Assembly: GCA_041601615.1 (NCBI GenBank)
Contig: JBFIHX010000010.1
Location: 21,112 to 85,111 of the forward strand
DNA: 64,000 nucleotides
Direction of reading: 5' to 3'
From: Thermoplasmatota archaeon
GTDB taxonomy: Archaea > Thermoplasmatota > E2 > JACPAO01 > JAHFTW01
Part shown: piece after piece, positions 47,851 to 57,588 of the stretch
How the letters are laid out: every line of letters starts with the position of its first letter
Position numbering within the stretch: position 1 is the first letter of the stretch
The notes under the pieces: generated by a model
Databases searched by the model: none
The model's input: only the letters and a program-made list of their open reading frames with translations
What the model was told of the DNA's origin: nothing
Position numbers and translations under genes: made by a program

Positions 47851-48747
47851 ATGCCCTCCCTCCTCGTCCTCGGCCACGCCAACATCGACGTGCAACTCCA
47901 GCTCCAGGGGATCCCAGGCCCGTCGGAGTCGCAGCCGGTGCAATCGCGGCGCACGGTGTATGGCGGTACGGCGGCGAACGTTTCGGTGCACGCGGCGAGC
48001 CTTGGAGTGCAGACGACGCTGTGGGCAAGGGTAGGCACGGATTTTCCGGACCCGTGGCGTGCTCGACTTCAGTCGGCGGGCTTGCATCTTGCTCTTGACG
48101 TGGACGAGGTGCGCGGCACGCCGACCTGCTTCATTTTGACGGACTCTGCGGGCCAGCAGGCGTACTGCATGGATCAGGGGGCCATGGGCGCGATGTTGGA
48201 ACACCCGCCTGAGGAGTCGCTTCTTGCAGGCATGAAGCCAGGTGATTGGTTGCACATCTGTACGGGTTCCCCAGAGGCGTACATGGACCTCGCAGCAGCG
48301 GCTCGCGCTCGCGGCATCAAGGTTGCATTGGACCCGGGCCAGGAACTGCGGTTTGCCTACGATGCTCGGTCCTTCGAGAAGCTCCTGGATCTTTCGGACC
48401 TGTTGTTTGTCAATGAGTTCGAGTTGGACATCGCCTGCAAGTATCTGTCCTACGGGGACCCGGTGCAGTTTTTGGATCACGTGGAGAACGTGGTCGTGAC
48501 GCACGGCGCCCGGGGCGCGACGCTGTACGGGTCGGGAAAACCGGTGCATGTGGATGCGGTCGCCGTTTCGAACGTCGTGGACCCGACGGGTGCCGGGGAC
48601 GCGCTTCGTGCCGGCTGGTACGCGGGCCTTGGCGCGGGTTTGTCCATGGCCGTGGCGCTGCGTTGGGGTGTTGCGGCGGGCGCTGTGGCGGTGCAGCACG
48701 CGGGGCCCCAGGAATACCTCGTTCGTCGGGCCGATTTGGCCGTTTGA
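47851..48747 (+). CDS. PfkB family carbohydrate/nucleoside kinase
   Basis: YGGTAAN, DPGQ, FVNEFE, DPTGAGDA. Confidence 0.92.
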   Translation: MPSLLVLGHANIDVQLQLQGIPGPSESQPVQSRRTVYGGTAANVSVHAASLGVQTTLWARVGTDFPDPWRARLQSAGLHLALDVDEVRGTPTCFILTDSAGQQAYCMDQGAMGAMLEHPPEESLLAGMKPGDWLHICTGSPEAYMDLAAAARARGIKVALDPGQELRFAYDARSFEKLLDLSDLLFVNEFELDIACKYLSYGDPVQFLDHVENVVVTHGARGATLYGSGKPVHVDAVAVSNVVDPTGAGDALRAGWYAGLGAGLSMAVALRWGVAAGAVAVQHAGPQEYLVRRADLAV

Positions 48748-48808
48748 CCCCGTTGCGGTCATTGCCCTTGCAAGAACCGCTTTATCCAAGTTCGGATAGC
48801 CTGCATCG

Positions 48809-49420
48809 ATGACCATGACCCTGGTTGGAACCACCGCACCGGACTTCACCGCCAAGGCCGTTGTCGGCGACAACATCGTCGACTACACGCTGAGCAACAA
48901 CTGGAAGGAAGGCAAGTACACGCTGCTGTTCTTCTACCCCAAGGATTTCACCTTCGTCTGCCCCACGGAGATCATCGCCTTCAGCGACCGCATCGCCGAG
49001 TTCCTGGAGCGCAACGTCAACGTCGTCGCCTGCTCCACGGACCAGGAATTCAGCCACCACGCCTGGAACAAGATGCCCCGCGCCGACGGTGGCCTTGGCA
49101 ACGTCAGCTACCCCATCGTGGCCGACACCAAGAAGGAAATCAGCACCGCATATGGCGTGCTCTCCCCCGGCGGCGTCGCATTCCGCGGCCTCTTCTTGAT
49201 CGACGAGACCGGCACCGTGCGCCACATGCTGGTCAACGACATGCCCCTGGGTCGCTCCGTCGATGAGGCCCTGCGCATGATCGACGCTCTGCAATTCAAC
49301 CAGCAGCACGGCGAAGTCTGCCCCGCCAACTGGACCAAGGGTGCGGCCACCATCAAGGCCAACCCGAAGGACGCCAAGGAGTACTTCCAGGCGGCCAACA
49401 CCATCACGGCCACCAACTAG
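48809..49420 (+). CDS. ahpC: Typical 2-Cys peroxiredoxin (AhpC/Tsa)
   Basis: FFYPKDFTFVCPTE, GEVCPANW. Confidence 0.93.
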   Translation: MTMTLVGTTAPDFTAKAVVGDNIVDYTLSNNWKEGKYTLLFFYPKDFTFVCPTEIIAFSDRIAEFLERNVNVVACSTDQEFSHHAWNKMPRADGGLGNVSYPIVADTKKEISTAYGVLSPGGVAFRGLFLIDETGTVRHMLVNDMPLGRSVDEALRMIDALQFNQQHGEVCPANWTKGAATIKANPKDAKEYFQAANTITATN

Positions 49421-49506
49421 GTGCGGTGCGCAGGAAAATCGCCTGCGTCCCTATTTACTCCCACTTCTCCCTTGATTCCCGTCTCGGCCCTTGTGTCCTT
49501 GCTCGC

Positions 49507-50271
49507 CTAGGACTGCACAGGTGCTTGGAAGGTGGGCCACGACGCAAATTCGTCGCTTCGCGGCCTTCGCCCTCGTTTTTTAGCCCGGGTTCGATTCGCT
49601 CGAACGAATTGTTGCACGGCCGCCCATCCTGGTTCCGCATCCAGTCCGACCCAGGAACCCACGCGCACCAGCGGCTCGGCGAGGTTGGCAACCGCGTGGT
49701 CTGCGGCCGTCGGGTGGTCGCCTACGAGGTATCCGGTTCCGGTCGCTTCGAGTCCGGCAGCGATCCGAGCGATGATCTCGGGCCCGGCTTTTGCATCGTG
49801 GTCGTCAAATCGACGCACAGTGTAGGCCTTGAGAACCTGCAAAATCATGGGTCGCCACAGGCGAAGCACGGCCCACAGCAATGGATTGCGCGTGAAGGCG
49901 CCGGGTGCATTGTAGATGCATCGGTAGGCTTGGCGGCGCGCGACGGGGCCAATTTCTTCGTCGGCCCACTTGCTCCATGCTTGCACTTCGGGGTCCTGGG
50001 CGCGCAAGGGAATGGTTCCGGGTGCGGCGTTGGCGTCGGCCCAGGAGACAATGTCTTCGGAGTCGGAGAGCACCACATCGCCGAGGCGCAGCACGGGCAC
50101 GGTGCCGGCGCCAACGGGCATGGGAAAATCGCGCAGTCCGATGTCGAGGGTTGTGTAGGTGAGGCCTGCTTGCCGGAGGCACGCTTCGACTTTGCGGCAG
50201 TAGTGGCTGAAGGAGAGGCGAAGGAGGACCGGGATGGGCTCTGCGGCCGACGCGGGTTCAGGTTTCGACAT
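49507..50271 (-). CDS. Glutathione S-transferase-like protein
   Basis: FSHYCRKV, TVPVL, LSDSEDI, YLVGDHPTAAD. Confidence 0.8.
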   Translation of the reverse strand: MSKPEPASAAEPIPVLLRLSFSHYCRKVEACLRQAGLTYTTLDIGLRDFPMPVGAGTVPVLRLGDVVLSDSEDIVSWADANAAPGTIPLRAQDPEVQAWSKWADEEIGPVARRQAYRCIYNAPGAFTRNPLLWAVLRLWRPMILQVLKAYTVRRFDDHDAKAGPEIIARIAAGLEATGTGYLVGDHPTAADHAVANLAEPLVRVGSWVGLDAEPGWAAVQQFVRANRTRAKKRGRRPRSDEFASWPTFQAPVQS

Positions 50272-51802
50272 CGACAGGAACCTCGCCGGGAGTCCGTGTG
50301 CCGTCGCGTTGCAGTTCGCCGGACACGGGCACGGGATACTTGCCGGTGACGCAGCCGAGGCAGAGTTCGTCCTCGGGGAAGTCCAGTGCTTTGACGATGC
50401 CAGGGATGCTGATGAAGGCGAGCGAGTCGGCGCCGACGTGTTCGCAGATTTCTTCCACGGTCATGTTGGCGGCCACGAGTTGGTCGCGGGTGCTCATGTC
50501 GATGCCGAGGTAGCAGGGCGCTAGGATGGGCGGGGCGCCGATGCGAAGATGCACTTCGGAGGCACCCGCTTCGCGCAGGGATCGTACGAGTCGGCGCATG
50601 GTGGTTCCGCGCACGATGCTGTCGTCCACCACGACGAGGCGCTTGCCGGCGACCACTTGCTTGATGGGGTTGACCTTGAGGCGCACGTTCAATTCGCGGC
50701 TTTCTTGGGTCGGCATGATGAAAGTGCGGTGGACGTAGCGGTTCTTCATCAGCGCCTCCACGTAGGGAAGGCCGCTGGCGTTGGCAATGCCTTGCGCGTG
50801 GCTGCGGCCGGAGTCGGGCACGGGGACGACCATGTCGGCGTCGACGGGCGCCTCGCTCCAAAGGATGCTGCCGATGTTCTCGCGCACAGTCTGGTTGAGC
50901 CTGCCGTCCATGAAGGCGTCGGAGCGGGCAAAGTAGACGTATTCGAAGAAGCAGCGAGCCGGTTTGGGTGCGGGTTCCAGGGCGACGGTTTCGATGCCGT
51001 CGCGGGTGATGCGGACCACTTCTCCGGGTTCGATGTCGCGCATCCATTCGGCGCCCACCACATCGAGGGCAACGCTTTCGGAGGCGACCATGTAGCCGCC
51101 ATCGGGCAAGCGGCCGGCGCAGAGCGGTTTGATGCCCCAGGGGTCGCGCACGGCGTAGAGTTCGTTGCCGATCATGATGGTGAAGCAGAAGGCGCCTTCC
51201 AGTCGGCCCATGAGGGTGCGGATGGCTTCGACGGCGTCTCCTTCGTATTTTTGCAGCTTGTTGGCAAGCAATCGGACGACGACTTCGGTGTCGTTGCCGG
51301 AGTAGAACGCCCAGCCTTTTTCTTGGAGTTCCTTGCGCAGGTCTTCCGTGTTGGGGATGTTGCCGTTGTGGGCAAGCGCGATGCCGCCGCCGGCTCCCAT
51401 GACCACTTGGGGTTGGGCCGCTTCTTCGGTGCTGCCGGCGCTGGTGCTGTAGCGCACGTGGCCGATTCCTTGGTTGCCTCGAAGTTTTTTCACGCGCTCC
51501 GGGTCAAACACTTGGTCCACGAGTCCCATGCCTTTGTGGGTGCGGAATTCGTACAAGCCATCTAGGGTCACGATGCCGGCGGATTCTTGGCCTCGGTGTT
51601 GCAGCGCTTGCAGGGCGTAGTAGATGTACGCGGCGACGGGGCGATCAGCTGCGATGCCAACGATGCCACAGTGGTCGACGGGGCGGCCTTCGCCGAATGG
51701 GTCCAATTCGGTGGCGTGCTCAAGGTCGCTGCCGGCTACACGGGTTTCCCCGGTCCGAAAAGCTTGTTCGTCCTTCAAGAGAGGGGCGTCGGCCGGGGCC
51801 AC
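50258..51802 (-). CDS. purF: Amidophosphoribosyltransferase
   Basis: DH/CGIVG propeptide site, LQHRGQES, HVRYST, CFFEYVYFAR, VDDSIVRGTT; CTTTATG box ~28 nt upstream of GTG 51802. Confidence 0.95.
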   Translation of the reverse strand: MAPADAPLLKDEQAFRTGETRVAGSDLEHATELDPFGEGRPVDHCGIVGIAADRPVAAYIYYALQALQHRGQESAGIVTLDGLYEFRTHKGMGLVDQVFDPERVKKLRGNQGIGHVRYSTSAGSTEEAAQPQVVMGAGGGIALAHNGNIPNTEDLRKELQEKGWAFYSGNDTEVVVRLLANKLQKYEGDAVEAIRTLMGRLEGAFCFTIMIGNELYAVRDPWGIKPLCAGRLPDGGYMVASESVALDVVGAEWMRDIEPGEVVRITRDGIETVALEPAPKPARCFFEYVYFARSDAFMDGRLNQTVRENIGSILWSEAPVDADMVVPVPDSGRSHAQGIANASGLPYVEALMKNRYVHRTFIMPTQESRELNVRLKVNPIKQVVAGKRLVVVDDSIVRGTTMRRLVRSLREAGASEVHLRIGAPPILAPCYLGIDMSTRDQLVAANMTVEEICEHVGADSLAFISIPGIVKALDFPEDELCLGCVTGKYPVPVSGELQRDGTRTPGEVPVDVET

Positions 51803-51982
51803 GGGGCGGCGGACGCGGCGCTTGCATAAAGGCCTTGCAAAGGGGACAGGCCGGGCCGATGGGGACCAGGGCGAACCGGGACGGTGCCGGGCGGTGCGGC
51901 GGGAAACGAAAGGCAAGGGACGAAAAAGGAGAAGAGCGGGAGAAAAACGGGAGAAGCGCGGGACACGATTGTTTCTAGAGTG

Positions 51983-52435
51983 TTAGAGAATCGCGAACAC
52001 AAGGGCCATGCCGGCCAGGCCGACGAATTGGCCGCCGGCGTTGATGCCAAACAGCGTCCAGGTGGCTTTTTCCCAGGCGATGCGGCCAAGTTGCACCGGG
52101 ACGAAGAAGCCGAGCCAGGTGAAGAATGCGCCCAGCATCGCGGTGCCGATGGTGGGGTTGGTCATCAGGCCCGTGTCGAGGTCCACCGTAAATGCGTGGG
52201 TGACATTCCAGAAGACGTAGGCCACCAAGAACGACGCGACCACTTGGATCAGCATCGGTTTGGCCATCTCCTTGAAGCTGCCCCCTTCCATGCTCATGCC
52301 CATTTCTTTGGCCCATTTCTTGCCAAACAAGGGGCCCCACCAGAGGAAACTGAGCATGAAGTAGGCAACAAATGCCACTGCGATTTCGATCCAGCCGTTT
52401 CCGTCCGGCGCGACGATGTCCATTACACTAGCCAT
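51983..52435 (-). CDS. DUF1761-like membrane protein
   Basis: LSFLWWGPLFGKKWAKEMG, WLGF, LFGINAG. Confidence 0.75.
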   Translation of the reverse strand: MASVMDIVAPDGNGWIEIAVAFVAYFMLSFLWWGPLFGKKWAKEMGMSMEGGSFKEMAKPMLIQVVASFLVAYVFWNVTHAFTVDLDTGLMTNPTIGTAMLGAFFTWLGFFVPVQLGRIAWEKATWTLFGINAGGQFVGLAGMALVFAIL

Positions 52436-52569
52436 GAGATTCACCGACCTATGCGGTCAAGAAACGAGAAAATCGGCGGTATTTGACCGACCCGTTTTGA
52501 CAATGACCCTTCGGACCTCGTTTGCGGCCCCCGCACGGCTTTTGACCCCGCCCCGACTCGCCGCCCTCG

Positions 52570-53493
52570 ATGCCCGTGTCCCAGGAGCAATTGACCCCGC
52601 TCGTTACCGAAACGGACCTGCCGTTCCCCGTGTTTCGCAAGGGAAAGGTGCGCGACGTCTACCACGTGGGCGACGACCACCTATTGATGGTCGCCACGGA
52701 CCGCATCAGTGCCTTCGACGTGGTCTTGGAGCCCGGCATCCCTGACAAGGGTGCGTGCCTGACGCAGATCAGCAACTTCTGGTTTGAACACCTTGCCAAG
52801 GAAGGCATCGAGAACCACATCGTGGCGACCCGCGTCGAGGACATGCCGGCTGAGCTACACGCACACGCCGACATCCTGCGAGGCCACGCAGTGCTCGTCG
52901 AAAAACTGGAGCCCCTTGAAGTGGAGTGCATTGTGCGCGGCTACATCACCGGCAGCGGCTGGAAGGACTACCAGCGCACCGGTGCCGTCTGCGGCATTGA
53001 GCTACCGGCCGGCCTCCAGGAATCCGAGCGTTTGCCCGAGACCATCTTTACGCCCAGCACCAAGGCCGCCATTGGAGACCACGACGAGAACGTCAGCTTC
53101 GAAGTCGCAGCCAAGATCGTCGGCCAGGAGACGGCTGAGTGGCTGCGCGACACCAGCCTACGCATCTACGAGTTGGCCGCTGCCTACGCCGCCGAGCGGG
53201 GCATCATCCTTGCCGACACCAAGTTCGAGTTCGGGCGCCGCGCCGACGGCACCATCGTACTGATGGACGAAGTTCTGACGCCGGACAGCAGCCGGTTCTG
53301 GCCCGCCAGCGAGTACGGCATCGGTCGCGGTCAGCCGAGCTTTGACAAGCAATTCGTGCGCGACTACCTAGAGACCCAGGACTGGAACAAGAAGGCCCCC
53401 GGCCCCGTTCTTCCCACCGACATCGTGCAGGGAACGGCGGCGCGCTACAAGGAAGCGTACGAGAAGCTGACCGGGCACGCGTTCCGGGTGTAG
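52570..53493 (+). CDS. purC: SAICAR synthetase
   Basis: GKVRDVY, TDRISAFD, ECIVRGY, ADTKFEFG, DEVLTPDSSRFW, FDKQFVRD. Confidence 0.96.
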   Translation: MPVSQEQLTPLVTETDLPFPVFRKGKVRDVYHVGDDHLLMVATDRISAFDVVLEPGIPDKGACLTQISNFWFEHLAKEGIENHIVATRVEDMPAELHAHADILRGHAVLVEKLEPLEVECIVRGYITGSGWKDYQRTGAVCGIELPAGLQESERLPETIFTPSTKAAIGDHDENVSFEVAAKIVGQETAEWLRDTSLRIYELAAAYAAERGIILADTKFEFGRRADGTIVLMDEVLTPDSSRFWPASEYGIGRGQPSFDKQFVRDYLETQDWNKKAPGPVLPTDIVQGTAARYKEAYEKLTGHAFRV

Positions 53494-53569
53494 CGTAGCT
53501 CGTCCACGCCGCGCCGGTTTCGCCAGCCCTTGCCGCATCTTCCTTCTATTCCCACGTCTCTGTCAGCGT

Positions 53570-53968
53570 ATGCCCATCGTCACCTTGGGAGGCACATTTC
53601 TTGCCAGCCACGACCCGGCCCGCCTTCTTGACTGGTTTCGAGATCGGTTCGGACTGGAAATGGAGCGCCATGAGGACGGCGGCAGCATTGCCATGCCCTC
53701 GTCGGAAGGAGTGGCGATTTTGGGCGTTCAACAAGCACGATCCGACGCATCGAGGCCTGCGCACGGCGACACGGTCGTAGAGCCGTATGGCCGGCAGCCG
53801 ATGATGCTGAATCTGCGCGTGACGGACATGGAGGCGATCGTGAAGGTGTTTCAGGATGCGGGAGACTCGGTGGCGGGGCCGCGTGCGTATGAGGGCATGG
53901 GCAAGTTTGCCTGGGTTCGCACCCCGGACGGGCACGACGTGGAGTTGTGGGAGATGCCCAAGGAGTAG
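53570..53968 (+). CDS. VOC/glyoxalase family protein
   Basis: GGTFLASHDP, MLNLRVTD, GKFAWVRTPDGHDVELWE. Confidence 0.85.
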   Translation: MPIVTLGGTFLASHDPARLLDWFRDRFGLEMERHEDGGSIAMPSSEGVAILGVQQARSDASRPAHGDTVVEPYGRQPMMLNLRVTDMEAIVKVFQDAGDSVAGPRAYEGMGKFAWVRTPDGHDVELWEMPKE

Positions 53969-54037
53969 GGGCCGTCAAAATCGGGGGGGGGCGGAGCGCT
54001 CTTTGGCCGTCGACCGGCTCGTTTTGGGCGAAGTAGT

Positions 54038-54613
54038 TCAGGAACTTGCCTGGACTGTTCCCTTGGTGCTGACTTCGTCTGCCCTTGGATCTCTTGCTCG
54101 TCGCACGGCTCGCCCAAACGTCTTGAACGCCGCCTCCGCCGCGTGGTGCGTGTCGCGGCCGCGCTTGTGCTCTAGGTGCAAATTGATGCGTGCCTCCATG
54201 GCAAAGCTGCGAAACCAGTGGTCGTAGATCGGAATCGGCAGGGGTCCCTCGTAGTAGGGTCGGTCCACGAGGTCGACGGTGCAGGCCATGAGACAATCGT
54301 CCATGCAGACTTGGTCAAAGGACATGCGGGCGCACGGGGCGCCGTCGTGGGCTTGGCGGAATGCTTGCCCCATGGCGATGGCGACATCCTCGATGAGGTG
54401 GTGGTCGAGGTCTCCGGTGGCTCGAAGCTTCAGGTCCCAGCCAGCGTAGCGGGTGAGCGTTTCCATCATGTGGGTCAGAAATTTGTTGTCTGTCTCCACG
54501 TCGTAGGCGCCGGCGCCGTCGAGTTCGAGGTGCACTTCGATGGTGGTTTCTTTGGTGGTACGCTGGACCGTGGCGACCGCTGGGCCCGCATGGGGTTTGG
54601 CCGCTGCGCTCAT
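54038..54613 (-). CDS. hisB: Imidazoleglycerol-phosphate dehydratase
   Basis: RTTKET, GDLDHHLIED, THHAAEAAFK, STKG. Confidence 0.94.
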   Translation of the reverse strand: MSAAAKPHAGPAVATVQRTTKETTIEVHLELDGAGAYDVETDNKFLTHMMETLTRYAGWDLKLRATGDLDHHLIEDVAIAMGQAFRQAHDGAPCARMSFDQVCMDDCLMACTVDLVDRPYYEGPLPIPIYDHWFRSFAMEARINLHLEHKRGRDTHHAAEAAFKTFGRAVRRARDPRADEVSTKGTVQASS

Positions 54614-55341
54614 GCGGGCGCCTCAGGTTTCTGGAAACGCTGGATTGCGGCCTCCAGGTCCATCGTGCCGGTGTAGATGCTCATGCCAAGCACCACAGCG
54701 TCGACGCCGATGCCCGCAAGGTACGCCAAGTCGTCTTCGTTGGTTATGCCGCCACTGACAATCAGCCGGGTGTGGGGTGTGGCGTCTCGCAAGGCACGCA
54801 CCACGTCGCGGTTGATGCCTTCGAGTTTTCCTTCGACTTCCACGTTGGTGTAGAGGATGCCTCCGAGTCCAGCATCGTCGAGGCTTGCGGCAAGTTCCAC
54901 GGCATCGGCGCCGGCGGATTCGGTCCAGCCTTTGATTTGCACGTCGCGGCCCCGAGCGTCCACGGCAAGCACCACTCGGCCGGGCCACAGGATGGCAAGT
55001 TCGCGCAGCCAATCGGGGTTCTGGACGCCTTGGGTGCCGACGATGACGTGCCCGACGCCGTTGTCGAGCAATTTTTGCACGTCCAGCATGGAGCGCACGC
55101 CGCCGCCAAATTGCACGGGGAGGCCCGCCGAGAGAATGCGCGTGACGTGGTGCCATTGGCGTTCGCCGCCCAGCGCCGCGTCTAGGTCCACGATGTGCAA
55201 TTGGGTTGCGCCGTGGTCCTTCCAGTGCTTGGCTTGTTCCAGGGGCGTGCGTTCGGATTCGACGGCGACTTGGGTGGGGTCGCCGCCCACGAGTTGCACC
55301 ACTTTGCCGTGGCGAAGATCGATGGCGGGGATGAGAATCAT
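54610..55341 (-). CDS. hisA: ProFAR isomerase
   Basis: MILIPAIDLRHGKVVQL, HIVDLDAA, QFGGGVR, SGG; AAGGAG SD. Confidence 0.93.
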   Translation of the reverse strand: MILIPAIDLRHGKVVQLVGGDPTQVAVESERTPLEQAKHWKDHGATQLHIVDLDAALGGERQWHHVTRILSAGLPVQFGGGVRSMLDVQKLLDNGVGHVIVGTQGVQNPDWLRELAILWPGRVVLAVDARGRDVQIKGWTESAGADAVELAASLDDAGLGGILYTNVEVEGKLEGINRDVVRALRDATPHTRLIVSGGITNEDDLAYLAGIGVDAVVLGMSIYTGTMDLEAAIQRFQKPEAPA

Positions 55342-55404
55342 GGTTGGTTGCTCCTTGTTCGTGTTCTGAAACGGATTTGTATGAGCTGTGGGTCGCCGGG
55401 TTCC

Positions 55405-55878
55405 ATGCGCATGGTAGCAACCCTTGCGAGCCTCCTGCTCGTGGCTCTGGTAGGCGTCGGCATTGTCGCCTCGCCCCTGACTGACTCTGGCTTGGAAAAC
55501 CTGAACGGCTCTTTGCCCACATCGACGGAGGAAACCACCGGCAACTGGACGATGCAGCGGCTCGTTTCGGAGAGCTTCCGACTTGACTCCGTTAACGGCG
55601 CCTCCTTCGAGGCCGTAGTGCCTGTCGGCGCCTCCGAAGTCCGCATCGACGTGGTCCCGGGCGGCGGCGTGTACACTGGCCCCGCTACCTGGACCGGTCT
55701 TGGTGACTGTGACGGACAGACCGGCAGCACTGGGCCCAACGTGGACCTCGGGTTGAACAACGGCAGCGGCTCCGCGTCCTGTGTCCTGGAGTCCGGAAGC
55801 CACAACGTGCAGCTCTCCCTTCCCGTGGGCATCATGAACGTGCACGTCACCGTGACCGCCATTGTCCCCGCAGCCTGA
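55405..55878 (+). CDS. Hypothetical secreted/anchored protein inserted antisense within the his operon
   Basis: Signal-like N-terminus, beta-rich G/S/T/V body, two Cys, host-like codon usage. Confidence 0.65.
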   Translation: MRMVATLASLLLVALVGVGIVASPLTDSGLENLNGSLPTSTEETTGNWTMQRLVSESFRLDSVNGASFEAVVPVGASEVRIDVVPGGGVYTGPATWTGLGDCDGQTGSTGPNVDLGLNNGSGSASCVLESGSHNVQLSLPVGIMNVHVTVTAIVPAA

Positions 55879-55894
55879 GACGTCGTCTCTGTCC

Positions 55895-56494
55895 TCATCC
55901 AACTTCCTCCAATCGACTCCGAGCCCAGGCCAGGAGTTCTTGTCCGACGCCCGATGATTTTTCCGGGTGAAATTGGAACCCGAGCGTGTTGTCCTGTTGC
56001 ACAGCCGCGCTGAAGCTCATGCCGTATTCGGTCGTCGCCACCGTGGACGGACCCGGAGGTGCGGCAAAGCTGTGCACGTAGTAGACGTGGCGGCCATCGA
56101 GGCCCACTAGGGGGCCCGTGCTTGCTTCGATGGTGTTCCAGCCCATGTGGGGGACCTTTCCTGCGGTGGCGGGGAGGTGATCGACGGAGCCGGAGAGGAT
56201 TCCGAGGCCTTCGCGGCCGGGTGTTTCGGCACTGCCCTCGTACAGGACTTGCATCCCAATGCAGACGCCGAGGATGGGGCGTCCGGCTTCGTGTCGCGCC
56301 CGCAGGTCATCGACGGCGGGGCCCAGTGCGTCCATGACGTGGCCAAAGGCGCCAACACCCGGCAACACCGCGATGTCGGCTTCCACGAGCCGGGCCGGGT
56401 CCTGGGTGACGGTGGTTTGGGCTCCGACGCGGTCCAGTGCTTTTTGCAGGCTGTGGAGGTTTCCGACGCCGTAGTCAAACAGCACCCATTCCAC
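55895..56494 (-). CDS. hisH: Imidazole glycerol phosphate synthase glutaminase subunit
   Basis: DYGVGNLHS, LPGVG, GVCIGMQ, PHMGWN, QFHPEKS. Confidence 0.95.
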   Translation of the reverse strand: MEWVLFDYGVGNLHSLQKALDRVGAQTTVTQDPARLVEADIAVLPGVGAFGHVMDALGPAVDDLRARHEAGRPILGVCIGMQVLYEGSAETPGREGLGILSGSVDHLPATAGKVPHMGWNTIEASTGPLVGLDGRHVYYVHSFAAPPGPSTVATTEYGMSFSAAVQQDNTLGFQFHPEKSSGVGQELLAWARSRLEEVG

Positions 56495-57588
56495 TAGCGC
56501 ACCTCTTGCATGACCTTGGCGAGGGCTGCCAGCATTTGCTCCGTGTGCTCGGGCCGGCCAACGCCGAAGCGCACCATGTCCTCAAGCTCTGGGGTACCGG
56601 GGAAGTGGCGAATGAGGATGCCGTGGCGGCGCAGCGCGTCGACGACGATGGCTGGGGCGACGGGCGAGCGCGCAAGCACGAAATTTGCGTCGGACTCAAA
56701 GGGCTGGAATCCGAGCGCTTTGACGCCGTCGTGGATCGCGGTTCGGCCCATGCGCACGCCGGCAACGTGCTCGTCGAGCCATTCTTGTTCATCGAGGGCT
56801 GCGACGGCGACTTGCTCGGTGTAGAGGTTGAGGTTGAAGGGGGGTTTGACGAGCAGGAGCTTCTCGATGAGGTCAGGGTTGCCGGCAAGGTAGCCGACGC
56901 GGAGGCCCGCGAGTCCGTACGCTTTGCTCAGGGTGCGCATGACGAGCAAGTTGTCAAACTCGTCCACGCGAGAAAGCAGGCTGTGTTGCAGGCCGGCGTA
57001 CTCAATGTACGCTTCGTCCACCACGACGACGCCGTCGCTGCCTTCGAGAATCGATTCGATATCGGAGGCGGGAAACCGGGTGCCGGTGGGGTTGTTGGGG
57101 GTCGCGAGAAGGGTTACGGCGGCGTTGCTGCGCACGATGGCGTCCACGTCGAGGCGCCAGTGGCCCCTCAGAGGCACGCGTGCCATGCTGAGGTCTTGCA
57201 GTTGCGCATAGAAGGGATACAGGCTGTAGCTTGGCCACGGGGTTGCAAGCGATTGGCCAGGGACCGTGAACGCCTTGGTGACCATGTCGAGGCATTCGTC
57301 CGAGCCGTTGCCCACCACGAATCGGTCGGCGGGCAGGCCGTGCCAATCGGAGAGCGCCGCTAGGAGGTCGTCGGCGTCGCGGGACGGATACAGTGTCACG
57401 TCGAGTCCGGCTGGGTCGACTTTTGCCAATGCCGGGTTCGGGCCGTCGAGGTTGGTGTTTTGGTCGAGGCGCAGTGGGTTGCCGTCAAGTTCGGCCTTGT
57501 AGTAGGGCTTCATGCCGCGCACGGCGGGGCGGGTCCAGGAGTCCACGCGTTCGCGTCGGCTGGGTTGGTTGCCGCTGTGGTTGCTCAC
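56494..57588 (-). CDS. hisC: Histidinol-phosphate aminotransferase
   Basis: GNGSDE, PNNPTG, VDEAY, RTLSKAYGLAGLRVGY. Confidence 0.95.
   Translation of the reverse strand: MSNHSGNQPSRRERVDSWTRPAVRGMKPYYKAELDGNPLRLDQNTNLDGPNPALAKVDPAGLDVTLYPSRDADDLLAALSDWHGLPADRFVVGNGSDECLDMVTKAFTVPGQSLATPWPSYSLYPFYAQLQDLSMARVPLRGHWRLDVDAIVRSNAAVTLLATPNNPTGTRFPASDIESILEGSDGVVVVDEAYIEYAGLQHSLLSRVDEFDNLLVMRTLSKAYGLAGLRVGYLAGNPDLIEKLLLVKPPFNLNLYTEQVAVAALDEQEWLDEHVAGVRMGRTAIHDGVKALGFQPFESDANFVLARSPVAPAIVVDALRRHGILIRHFPGTPELEDMVRFGVGRPEHTEQMLAALAKVMQEVR

Noticed and set aside
54610-55902. 430-aa HisA fusion
   Set aside because: The extension is the antisense of the + strand gene at 55405-55878; HisA has its own SD and canonical start at 55341.
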